Positions 55,330 to 64,000 of a DNA stretch of 64,000 nucleotides are shown piece after piece. The notes beneath the pieces were generated by a model. That model saw only the letters and a list, made by a program, of their open reading frames with translations. It was not told where the DNA came from and made no database searches. Made by a program: the position numbers and the translations under genes. This DNA is from an uncultured Nitrospiraceae bacterium (GTDB taxonomy: Bacteria; Nitrospirota; Thermodesulfovibrionia; Thermodesulfovibrionales; UBA6898), in contig CAWEQH010000004.1 in assembly GCA_963811165.1 (NCBI GenBank), positions 160,001 through 224,000 on the forward strand, in the 5' to 3' direction. Every line of letters begins with the position of its first letter. The first letter of the stretch is position 1.

Positions 55330-57477
55330 CTACACAGCTGACTTGAGTTCCCTGATCACTGATTTAAGGGCCTCACCGTAAAACCGTTCAGCGTATTCCT
55401 TCGTCATCCGCCTGGCGCTGAAAGCAGGGGCGGTGCTCTTGATCGCTTCTTTCATTACCCTCGCCCATTCATGCGGTACGCCGTCATCGTCGACGCGATA
55501 ATACATGGGGACCACCTGTGTTTCGAGTATATCGTAAAGGGTCCGTGCGTCCTGCGCGTCCCTGTCTTCTCCTTCATGTCCTTCGAATGCCCAGCCGTTT
55601 TTGCCGTTAAACCCTTCGGTCCACCATCCATCGAGAATGCTCAGATGGGGCACGCCGTTTAAAGAAGCCTTCATCCCGCTTGTGCCGCATGCCTCAAGCG
55701 GCGGCAGCGGGTTGTTGAGCCATACGTCGACGCCGTGCACGAGGTACTGCGCCAACTGTTCATCGTAATCCTCGACAAAGGCTATGCGGCCCCCGAAGGA
55801 AGGGTCTTTGGAGGCGTTGAAGACCTTCTGGAGCACCTGTTTGCCCGGCTCGTCTGCGGGGTGGGCCTTTCCGGCGAAGATGATCTGCACGGGTTTCCAC
55901 CTGTCGGTAAGGATTTTCCTCAGCCTTTCGACGTCTTCGAATATGAGCGTTGCCCTTTTATAGGTGGCGAACCTGCGCGCAAAGCCGATCGTAAGCACGT
56001 TGGGGTCCAGCAACACTCCCGACGCAAGGATCAGTCTCGGCTCGGGAGCTTCGAGCCACCGCTGTCTTGCCCTTTCCATGATCCGGAGGATGAGCTTCAT
56101 CTTGTGCCAGTAATGGCTGTTCCAGAGTTCCCGGTCGGGTATGTCGTCGATGAGTTCCCAGATGTCGGGGTTGTCGTGGTCGGTGAGCCAGTGCGGCCCG
56201 AGGTATTTGTTGTAGAGGAGTTCCACTCTCGGCTCCGCCCACGTGGGTATATGGACCCCGTTTGTGATATGGACGATAGAGACTTTCTCCTCGGGCAGGT
56301 CGGGCCATAGAGACTGCCACATCTTCCGTGCGACCTCCGCATGTTTTTTGCTTACCGCATTGTGATAGGCCGATGCCCTCAGTGCAAAGGCGGTCATATT
56401 GAAGCCCGCGTTGGGGAATTTCGGGTCGACCCCCAGCTGAAAGAATGCGTCACAACAAAGCCCCAGTGAAGGCCAGTAAGAGGTGAAGTATTTCTCGACG
56501 AGCTCGAAGGTGAATACGTCATGGCCCGCAGGCACCGGCGTGTGGGTCGTGAAAATAGTGGTGGAGCGGACTTTTTCGAAGGCCCCTTCGAAGCTAAGAC
56601 CTGCCCCGACTTTCTCCCTTATCCTCTCCAGTATGGCAAAAGCCGGATGTCCTTCATTTAGATGCAGTACGGAATGCTTTATGCCGAGCGTGGTGAGGAC
56701 CTCGGCCCCGCCTATGCCCAGGACTATCTCCTGTCTCAGCCTCTGTTCATGCCCGCCGGCGTACAGATGCGAGGTGATGCTCCTGTTCCAGGGATCGTTG
56801 GCGTCGATGTCGGTGTCCATGAGATAGAGAGTGACCTTCCCGATCCTGACCTTCCAGACCTCGACGTAGATGGGCGGCTCGATGAAAGGGACCCTTACTG
56901 TCAGGCGGTTGCCCTGAGGATCGAGGATGCGGGTGATCGGGGCGTTTTCCCTGTCGATTCTCTCACTCTCGGCGGACTGCCAGCCGTCGGGTGACATCTT
57001 TTGCCTTAAATAGCCCTCGGGGTACATGAACCCCATGGCGATGATGGGCACGCCAAGGTCGCTGCATTCCTTAAGGAAATCCCCTGCAAGAAAACCGAGT
57101 CCTCCAGCGTAAAAGGGCAGAGAATGATGGAGACCGTATTCGGCCGAAAAGTATGCGATCGGCAGAAGCTTTGCGTCGGCTACCTTGGAGGAGAACCAGT
57201 CGCCGGAAGGACTCATGTCGGACCTGAATCTCGCCATGACCGCGTCGTGATGTCTGAGAAATTTCGGGTCTCTTGCAGCCGCCTCGAAGGTCTCACGGCT
57301 GACGTCGTGGAGCATCTTTACCGGGTTATGGACACTCAGCTTCCATGCGGCACGGCTGAGCATCTTAAACAGCATACGCGCTTCGGGGTGCCAGCTCCAC
57401 CAGAGGTTGTATGCGAGTTCCCTCAGACCGGCTATCCTGTCGGGAATATCAGGAAACGCCTCTTTCCCGTCGTCCAT
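55330..57477 (-). CDS. glgP: Alpha-glucan (glycogen) phosphorylase
   Basis: LAYNLWWSW, AYFSAEYG, GGLGFLAGD, NEGH, FARRFATYKR, AGKAHP and EACGTSGMK motifs. Confidence 0.96.
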   Translation of the reverse strand: MDDGKEAFPDIPDRIAGLRELAYNLWWSWHPEARMLFKMLSRAAWKLSVHNPVKMLHDVSRETFEAAARDPKFLRHHDAVMARFRSDMSPSGDWFSSKVADAKLLPIAYFSAEYGLHHSLPFYAGGLGFLAGDFLKECSDLGVPIIAMGFMYPEGYLRQKMSPDGWQSAESERIDRENAPITRILDPQGNRLTVRVPFIEPPIYVEVWKVRIGKVTLYLMDTDIDANDPWNRSITSHLYAGGHEQRLRQEIVLGIGGAEVLTTLGIKHSVLHLNEGHPAFAILERIREKVGAGLSFEGAFEKVRSTTIFTTHTPVPAGHDVFTFELVEKYFTSYWPSLGLCCDAFFQLGVDPKFPNAGFNMTAFALRASAYHNAVSKKHAEVARKMWQSLWPDLPEEKVSIVHITNGVHIPTWAEPRVELLYNKYLGPHWLTDHDNPDIWELIDDIPDRELWNSHYWHKMKLILRIMERARQRWLEAPEPRLILASGVLLDPNVLTIGFARRFATYKRATLIFEDVERLRKILTDRWKPVQIIFAGKAHPADEPGKQVLQKVFNASKDPSFGGRIAFVEDYDEQLAQYLVHGVDVWLNNPLPPLEACGTSGMKASLNGVPHLSILDGWWTEGFNGKNGWAFEGHEGEDRDAQDARTLYDILETQVVPMYYRVDDDGVPHEWARVMKEAIKSTAPAFSARRMTKEYAERFYGEALKSVIRELKSAV

Positions 57478-57633
57478 AAATAGTTGTCTCCTCTGCGGAA
57501 GATAATCTCATCGGGCGTGATCACTTCGGGACCACACCTATTAAATAGCACAAAAAAAGATGCGGCGCAATTCAGGGGAGGGGGTAGCAAAACGCAGAGG
57601 AAAAAGGCTAACGGGTGCTTGCCGGCTTAGAAG

Positions 57634-59181
57634 CTAATTAGTCTCAAACAGTGCATATCGTCCGTCGCTGTCCACCAAAGTATAACCCGAGCCCTGCAGA
57701 AGGCCTGCATCATCGGCTTTAGAGATAGCGACGGCATGAGTGCCTTTTTTGGCAAGGGAGCCGAGTTCCTCTTTGTTGTTGGCGCTAAGAATTTTTCTTT
57801 CGGAATAGAATGCAATGCTTGGGTTGTTAATACCAAATACTATGACCCCTTCATCAGGCCTTAGCTTATCCTTGGCGTAAAGGCTGTATTTATGCAGAGT
57901 GCCCTGGAGATAGTCGCTTGCAAGAGGAAGCGCTCCGGTCAATAACACCGCAAAAAATACGGTCATGATACCGGCGATGAGGCCATGAAGGTCACGCCTT
58001 GAGAAAACAGAGTACAGACAAAGCACCCCGCTTACAAAGGCGGCGAGCGCCGTCATGAAAGGCCATCCGGCATTTGCTATGCCGATTTTGGGGAGTAATC
58101 TCTCCGCAATATAGAGAAATGAGACAGCCATCAAGACCGACAACACCCCCATCGAAAGTAAAGAATATCGTCTCCAGTTATCGTCCCTCCCTGATAACCC
58201 TGCCCCTATCAGCACTGCGGCTGCGGGTAGGGCGGGGAGGATATAGTTTGGAAGCTTCGTAGTGGATAAGGAAAAAAACAGAAATACAAAGGCGAGCCAG
58301 ACCAATGCGAAACGATGAAACGGGTCCTTCTCCTTTAGCGCTCTTCTTATGCCTGAAGGGAGGAAGGATATCCAGGGGAACATCCCCACTATTATCACAA
58401 TGAGGTAATAATAAACCGGTCCGCTGTGCCCTGATATGACGTCCGTAAATCTCCTGAAGTGATGTTTTATGAAGAACTGGTCTATAAACTCACGCCCGTT
58501 TATTACGATCTCTGCAAGATACCAGGGTGCGGACACGGCGGTAAAGATCAGGATACCTTTCAGGGAAAAGACCTTCTTCATACCGCGCAATCCTTCGGAA
58601 ATCGACGCGTAGATAAGTGCTATCCCAAAGGGGAAAATGATCCCTATGAGTCCCTTCGTAAGAAAGGCAAGCGCCGAAAACAGATAGAAACCATAAAGGT
58701 ATATACGGCCGTCGGGGGGGGCTTCAGAAAACCAGCGGTAGAAGGAAAAAAGTGACAGGGCGATGAAGAGGGTAAGAGTCATGTCGGTCACCGCCGCCCT
58801 CGAATAGACAACATAATAGACCGACAGCACGGCCGATAAAGCGGCATAACGCGCCGGCTTTTGGCCGCTTGCCTGCCTCACGGAGAGAAAAAGAAGAGCA
58901 ATCAGCAGGACCGCCGCCACGGCCGAGGGGAACCTTGCCCCGAACTCATTGATGCCGAAGACCTTGTAGGAAGCTGCCATCAGCCAGTAAAAAAGGATCG
59001 GCTTGTCATAACGGTTTTCTCCGTTATAAGTCGGGGTGATCCAGTTCTGGCTCACAACCATCTCCCTCGTCGCTTCCGAAAAAACGGCCTCATCGACATC
59101 GAAGAGTTTCGGCGCCCCGAGCCTGAAAAGCGACAGGAACATGGCCGCGGCAATTATCATGGGAAATATAGACCTGTTCAT
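57634..59181 (-). CDS. ArnT/PMT-family (GT-C) membrane glycosyltransferase
   Basis: DVDEAVF, YDKPILFYW, ARFPSA, LTKG, PWY and KLPNYILP motifs, with many TMs. Confidence 0.88.
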   Translation of the reverse strand: MNRSIFPMIIAAAMFLSLFRLGAPKLFDVDEAVFSEATREMVVSQNWITPTYNGENRYDKPILFYWLMAASYKVFGINEFGARFPSAVAAVLLIALLFLSVRQASGQKPARYAALSAVLSVYYVVYSRAAVTDMTLTLFIALSLFSFYRWFSEAPPDGRIYLYGFYLFSALAFLTKGLIGIIFPFGIALIYASISEGLRGMKKVFSLKGILIFTAVSAPWYLAEIVINGREFIDQFFIKHHFRRFTDVISGHSGPVYYYLIVIIVGMFPWISFLPSGIRRALKEKDPFHRFALVWLAFVFLFFSLSTTKLPNYILPALPAAAVLIGAGLSGRDDNWRRYSLLSMGVLSVLMAVSFLYIAERLLPKIGIANAGWPFMTALAAFVSGVLCLYSVFSRRDLHGLIAGIMTVFFAVLLTGALPLASDYLQGTLHKYSLYAKDKLRPDEGVIVFGINNPSIAFYSERKILSANNKEELGSLAKKGTHAVAISKADDAGLLQGSGYTLVDSDGRYALFETN

Positions 59182-59263
59182 ATTAATGTTTTAGCGAAAC
59201 ACAATTATTATACGCGAACCGGATTTTTATGGGTATCTGCTGTGATCCGGATTTTCCTATTTT

Positions 59264-61798
59264 TTAAAATTGGATCTTTTTGTAAAATATCTTTTTTGCC
59301 GCCTCAGCTGCAGCGATGTAGATCGCTACAATCACTCCCATGAGGACAAGAAAAGAGATTGGTAACGGGGTAAATCCAAAGAGCCTTTCTCCAATTGGAA
59401 TGAAAGGGACACTCAGCGTAGCGCTGACGATCAGCAGTGTCGCTATGAACAGAGATTTCCCGGGTCTGCTTTTGAAAAAGGGGCCCCTTGTGCGAACGAC
59501 GAGCACAACCAGCGATGCTGAGATGACGGACTCAGCAAACCAGCCGGTCCTGAATTCCTCCGGAGAGGCACGGAGAATAAATAACAATACACCGAAGGTG
59601 AGATAGTCAAAGATAGAACTTAAAAGCCCGAAGGTCATCATAAAGTTCCGTATAAACCTCATGTTCCACCGTCGCGGGCTATCAACCAGCTCCTTGTCCA
59701 CATTGTCTGCTGCAATAGCCATCTCCGGAAAATCCGTCAGTAAATTGGTAAGCAGGATTTGCTTGGGCAGGAGAGGAAGAAAAGGGAGAAAAAGAGATGC
59801 CCCCGCCATGCTGAACATATTGCCGAAATTGGCGCTTGTCGCCATGAATACATACTTGAGGGTGTTGGCAAAAGTCGTCCTCCCTTCCCTCACCCCCTGC
59901 GCAAGAACCCCAAGGTCTTTTTCGAGCAGCACAATATCGGCCGCATCCTTGGCAACATCAACGGCGCTGTCCACAGATATGCCTACATCGGCAGTATGGA
60001 GGGCAGATGCGTCGTTTATGCCGTCTCCCATATAACCGACGACGTTTTTTGCCTTTTTCAGGGCAAGGATGATGCGCTCTTTCTGATTGGGTTCGACCTC
60101 TGCGAAAACATTCACTTCATTTACTCTTTTAAGCAGCGCTTCATCGCTCATAAGCCGGAGATCCGGACCTGTGAGGATTCCCGAGTCCAATAGCCCGACC
60201 TGTTGTCCGACATGGGCGGCAACCAGACGATTGTCCCCGGTGATTATTTTTAATGAAACGCCGAGACGCTTGAGATCTGTTATAGTCTCAGCGATGCCTG
60301 ATTTTACCGGATCGAAAAGCACAAGAAATCCTAAAAACGTCATGCCAGCTTCGTGGTCTTTAGTGATGCCGGAGGCAGGGCCAACATTTCGGTATGCAAT
60401 CCCCATTGTGCGAAAGCCCTGGCTGCTGAATTCCTCAAAATGGGCTTGCACCTTATCCTGTATTTCAGCTATATCCACAACGGCCCCACTCGAAGTTTCA
60501 GCTTTTGAGCAGGCGGCAAGTACATTCTTTAACGCCCCTTTCGTAATCATAAGATGTGTATCACCGTGAGAGACCAGGACACTTAAGCGTTTGCGAATAA
60601 AATCATACGGCTCTTCGTCAAGCTTTTGCCAGGCCGAAACATCGAACTTCCGATAGGCTCGTATTGCTTCATCAATCGGGTTTGTAAATCCAGTTTCGTA
60701 AAAAGAATTGAGATATGCATAGAGCAGGACTTTTTCGCTTTCATTGCCCTCGATGTCAAGAGCGGAGCGGACATGCACCACCCCTTCGGTCAGAGTGCCG
60801 GTCTTATCGGAGCAGAGGACGTTCATACTGCCGAAGTTCTCGATAGAGGCGAGGCGTTTCACGATTACCTTTTTGAGCGCCATCCCTTTTGCGCCGTGGG
60901 CAAGGTTGACCATAATAATGGCCGGCAGAAGCTGTGGGGTCAATCCGACGGCGAGCGCCAACGCAAAGAGAAATGAGTCCAGAACAGGGCGGGCCAGGTA
61001 TACGTTAATAGCAAAAATGGCGATTACCAGCAGTAGCGTCACTTCCATAAGAAGGTAGCCGAAATGCCTCACCCCGCGCTCAAATTCCGTCTCCGGAGGT
61101 CTGAGCGCAAGGCGTTCAGAGACCTTGCCGAATTCGGTCTCCCGTCCTGTGCGCACAACCACTGCGTTCGCACTGCCGCTGACTACGTGAGTCCCCATAA
61201 AAAGAGTATTGGTCCTTTTGGCAAGTGGAGTTTCCCCTGGCAATATACCGGATATTTTATCTTCAGGGTAGGTCTCGCCTGTCAGAGATGCCTCATCCAC
61301 AAAGAGATTTTTTGATTCGAGGACCAGGCAGTCTCCTGGAATGACATCACCGGCGTTGAATGAGACGATATCTCCGGGCACTATCTCCTCAACGGGAATA
61401 TCCTTCAGAGTGCCATCGCGCATGACCGCAGCTTTGATCTGAACGATCGACAGCAACTTGTCGATTGCATTCGTCGCCCCCCTTTCCTGCCAGAAACCGA
61501 GGAGCCCGCTAACGAGGACAATTGCGGAGATGATGACAGCATCCACAGGGTTGTGCAGGAAAAATGAGAGCACTGAGGCAAAGATCAGGATCAGGATAAT
61601 CGGGCTCTTGAATTGAGATAGGAGGAGAGAGAATGCAGTCGCCCTTTTTTTGGGCTTGAGGAGATTGGCCCCATACTGTGTGAAGCGGCGGCGGGCCTCT
61701 TCATTCGTTAAGCCCTGTGAAGTTGTTTTCAGTTGCCGAAGAAGTTCCTCGGCCGGAATGCTCCAAAAAGACGGTTGCTTATCCAAGTTATTATTCAT
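59264..61798 (-). CDS. mgtA: Mg2+-importing P-type ATPase
   Basis: TGE, VGLTPQLLP, DKTGTLT, TGDN, GDGIND and SANFGNMFS motifs. Confidence 0.92.
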   Translation of the reverse strand: MNNNLDKQPSFWSIPAEELLRQLKTTSQGLTNEEARRRFTQYGANLLKPKKRATAFSLLLSQFKSPIILILIFASVLSFFLHNPVDAVIISAIVLVSGLLGFWQERGATNAIDKLLSIVQIKAAVMRDGTLKDIPVEEIVPGDIVSFNAGDVIPGDCLVLESKNLFVDEASLTGETYPEDKISGILPGETPLAKRTNTLFMGTHVVSGSANAVVVRTGRETEFGKVSERLALRPPETEFERGVRHFGYLLMEVTLLLVIAIFAINVYLARPVLDSFLFALALAVGLTPQLLPAIIMVNLAHGAKGMALKKVIVKRLASIENFGSMNVLCSDKTGTLTEGVVHVRSALDIEGNESEKVLLYAYLNSFYETGFTNPIDEAIRAYRKFDVSAWQKLDEEPYDFIRKRLSVLVSHGDTHLMITKGALKNVLAACSKAETSSGAVVDIAEIQDKVQAHFEEFSSQGFRTMGIAYRNVGPASGITKDHEAGMTFLGFLVLFDPVKSGIAETITDLKRLGVSLKIITGDNRLVAAHVGQQVGLLDSGILTGPDLRLMSDEALLKRVNEVNVFAEVEPNQKERIILALKKAKNVVGYMGDGINDASALHTADVGISVDSAVDVAKDAADIVLLEKDLGVLAQGVREGRTTFANTLKYVFMATSANFGNMFSMAGASLFLPFLPLLPKQILLTNLLTDFPEMAIAADNVDKELVDSPRRWNMRFIRNFMMTFGLLSSIFDYLTFGVLLFILRASPEEFRTGWFAESVISASLVVLVVRTRGPFFKSRPGKSLFIATLLIVSATLSVPFIPIGERLFGFTPLPISFLVLMGVIVAIYIAAAEAAKKIFYKKIQF

Positions 61799-61821
61799 CC
61801 TGAGCAGCGTCCTTCCGCCCG

Positions 61822-63516
61822 CTAGAGCGCTCGCGTGAGTTCTCCAAGCTTATCAGTCAGCACCTTATTTTGTGCATAGTCCACAGGGCAAGCGATAACC
61901 GAGACTGTATTATCCTCCAGGGCGCGCTGCAGCGTGGGAAGGAGGTCCTCCGTTCGTTTTATGGCGTAGCCTTTGGCGCCATAGCTTTCAGCTAATTTGA
62001 CGAAGTCCGGGTTCCCGAAGTCGACGTGCGAGTGGTGCCCTAACTCAATATCCATTTTCCACTTGATCAGGCCGTAGCTCCCATCCACCCATACCAGCAC
62101 GACAACAGGTATTTTTTCGCGTACCGCTGTCTCTAATTCCTGCGAGTTCATGAGAAACCCGGCGTCGCCTGCGACCGCGAGAACTTTTCGTTCAGGGAAG
62201 GCAAGCTTTGCACCAATTGCCCCCGGAAATGCAAAGGCCATGGTTGAGAGCCCATTGGAAATAAGGCACGTGTTTGGGCGGTACGTGGGGTAAAGACGGG
62301 CCATCCACATCTTGACCGCACCCGTGTCAACGAGTACGATATCTTCCTCGCCCATTGCAGTTCTGACATCTGCGACGATTCGCTGAGGCTTGACCGGATA
62401 TAAGTCGTCCTTCCTTCCCCTCTCCAGCTCTTCCCCTATGAGGCGACGGATCTTGATATCTGTTGGGCTCAATCCCGGTGTCGCCTTAATTCCCTGAGAC
62501 AAGGCGTCGAGGGATTCCGAAATACTTCCTATGATACCGACCGCGACGTGATAGTGAGCGTCGACTCCGGCTGGATAGCGATGAATATGAAGAATCTGCT
62601 TATCCCCTCTTGGATTGATTCTCACGGGATCAAATTCCTGCAGATCGTAGCCGACGCATAGAACTACGTCAGCCTGGTCGAAGCCAAAGTTGACGTAGTC
62701 ATGGACCATAAATCCTGCGGTGCCAAGAGAATTGGGATGATTGTCCGGAAAGACGCCCTTGCCCATAAAGGTCGTCGCCACCGGTATCCCGAGGCGCTCC
62801 GAGAAACGGATGAGCGCTTCACTGGCACGATCACGCACGGCGCCGTGCCCTGCCAGCACAATTGTTTTTTTTGCAGTCTCCAGGACTTTGACAGCTCTCC
62901 CGATCTGAGTGGCGGATGGAGAGGAATCGCGAACGATATTAATATCGAGCGGATGGTATCCTTCCGGGACGGGCAAGATTTCGACATCCTGGGGGAAGGC
63001 TAAGTACACGGCTCCCGGCCGCTCAGTCTGGGCCTGCTTGAAGGCACTGCGTACCATTTCCGGTATCGCCTCTGCGGATTGGATCAGGGCTGCCCACTTT
63101 GTGAGCGGTTTGAACATGCCGACCAGATCAATGCTTTGGTGAGATTCTTTGTAGATGCGATTCAGGCCCACCTGTGCGCTGATCGCGACTAGTGGAACGC
63201 TGTCGGTATTGGCATCAGCCGTGCCGAGCGCAAGATTGATCGCTCCCGGTCCGAGCGTCGCGAGGCACACTCCTGGCTGACCAGTGAGACGACCATAGAT
63301 ATCGGCCATGAAAGAGGCGGCCTGCTCGTGACGGACAAGGATGAAGCGAATGGAAGATCCATTAAATGCATCGACCATGAGGATATTTTCCTCTCCGGGT
63401 ATCCCAAAGACATATTTGACACCCTCGTTTTCCAAGCACCGTACAAATAATTGTGCGGCATTCATGGAGGGCTTGATACCATTCTTCCCCTCAAAAGTCT
63501 CATCACTATACTGCAT
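61822..63516 (-). CDS. Acetolactate synthase large subunit (ThDP-dependent)
   Basis: FGIPGEEN, RHEQ, TLGPGAIN, ESHQ and GDAGFLMNSQE motifs. GGAGG SD before ATG 63516. Confidence 0.9.
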   Translation of the reverse strand: MQYSDETFEGKNGIKPSMNAAQLFVRCLENEGVKYVFGIPGEENILMVDAFNGSSIRFILVRHEQAASFMADIYGRLTGQPGVCLATLGPGAINLALGTADANTDSVPLVAISAQVGLNRIYKESHQSIDLVGMFKPLTKWAALIQSAEAIPEMVRSAFKQAQTERPGAVYLAFPQDVEILPVPEGYHPLDINIVRDSSPSATQIGRAVKVLETAKKTIVLAGHGAVRDRASEALIRFSERLGIPVATTFMGKGVFPDNHPNSLGTAGFMVHDYVNFGFDQADVVLCVGYDLQEFDPVRINPRGDKQILHIHRYPAGVDAHYHVAVGIIGSISESLDALSQGIKATPGLSPTDIKIRRLIGEELERGRKDDLYPVKPQRIVADVRTAMGEEDIVLVDTGAVKMWMARLYPTYRPNTCLISNGLSTMAFAFPGAIGAKLAFPERKVLAVAGDAGFLMNSQELETAVREKIPVVVLVWVDGSYGLIKWKMDIELGHHSHVDFGNPDFVKLAESYGAKGYAIKRTEDLLPTLQRALEDNTVSVIACPVDYAQNKVLTDKLGELTRAL

Positions 63517-63598
63517 GAGATTCAAACCTCCTATTTATACATCGTTTGGTGCATCGTTACGGGCGAAAATACTTCAGGATCAATCCGCACATTGATCA

Positions 63599-63898
63599 TC
63601 ATGATATCCTGATCATTGAGAATTCAGTGGTAGTAGTTCCGTTTTCCTTGTCCCGGCGAAGTTTCATTTGGGGGACACGGAACTCGATGTGAAATGCGGC
63701 TTCAAACAACAAGCCAGGCAGGAAGACCGAAAAGAGCAATTCCTTCGTCAGATGCGACGGCGTGAACAGTTTCAGGATACCGAGCGCCAACCCAGTCAGC
63801 ACCAAGGCCACCGTGTACGGCACATGCAGTTGCCGCACCGCAATCGCCACCGCGACCGCGACCGAAAACAACAAAATCAAAATCGTCTCAGTCTGCAC
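63599..63898 (-). pseudogene. Truncated CPA1 (NhaP-type) Na+/H+ antiporter
   Basis: VPYTVALVLTG...LLFSVFLPGLLFEAAFHI matches the first TMs, then unrelated sequence and a stop at 99 aa. Confidence 0.8.
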
Positions 63899-63904
63899 AG
63901 TCTC

Positions 63905-63982
63905 TCACCCCGACAATCTTGCCCGCCAACTTTGGTGCGAGAAGAAGGACAGATTCAATGTCTTACTGAAATAATAGCTCAT
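63905..63982 (-). pseudogene. DUF302-family gene truncated after ~13 codons
   Basis: AGGAGG SD plus MSYYFSKTLNLSF, a characteristic DUF302 N-terminus, then unrelated sequence and a stop. Confidence 0.55.
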
Positions 63983-64000
63983 AATAACCTCCTCCTGTTA

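Noticed and set aside
1..64000. tRNA, rRNA, transposase, integrase or defence genes
   Set aside because: None recognised by eye; a tRNAscan-SE/Infernal run would be needed to exclude small RNAs fully.

Overview
A 64-kb bacterial chromosomal segment made mostly of core genes. Gene content suggests an anaerobic Gram-negative of the Nitrospirota (Thermodesulfovibrionia-like) or Desulfobacterota type; this is an inference. Recognisable genes are nadE, rsmI, nfo, lpxC, tldD, mtnP, yebC, glmU, glmS, pcrA/uvrD, gatC, panD, hisH, a Pat-type acetyltransferase, glgC, mqnA, rtcB plus archease, glgP, an ArnT-family transferase, mgtA and acetolactate synthase. The centre holds a ~15.7-kb chemosensory cluster (DUF4388-GAF, cheY, cheA, ExeA-like ATPase, cheW, two long MCPs, cheW, HEAT protein, cheR, cheB, coiled-coil-GAF, cheY). 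Its first receptor joins a periplasmic c-heme (CxxCH) sensor to a C-terminal PhnD-like binding domain that should be cytoplasmic. Elements missing from the ORF track include: (1) a 21-bp-phased TGT array upstream of a wHTH/degenerate-nucleotidyltransferase gene and a 27-aa histone-H1-like peptide; (2) a candidate C-rich sRNA; (3) a Crp/Fnr module with a TATGAC-N4-GTCATA box and a 42-aa triple-CxxC microprotein; (4) a 4-codon minigene with a perfect SD before a ferritin-like gene; (5) two sigma54 promoters and several leaderless promoters; (6) gene remnants (NlpI-like, DUF302, CPA1 antiporter) and a doubly frameshifted NtrC-type gene. No rRNA, tRNA, CRISPR array or intact mobile element was seen. 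All family assignments come from motif recognition by eye, not from database searches.
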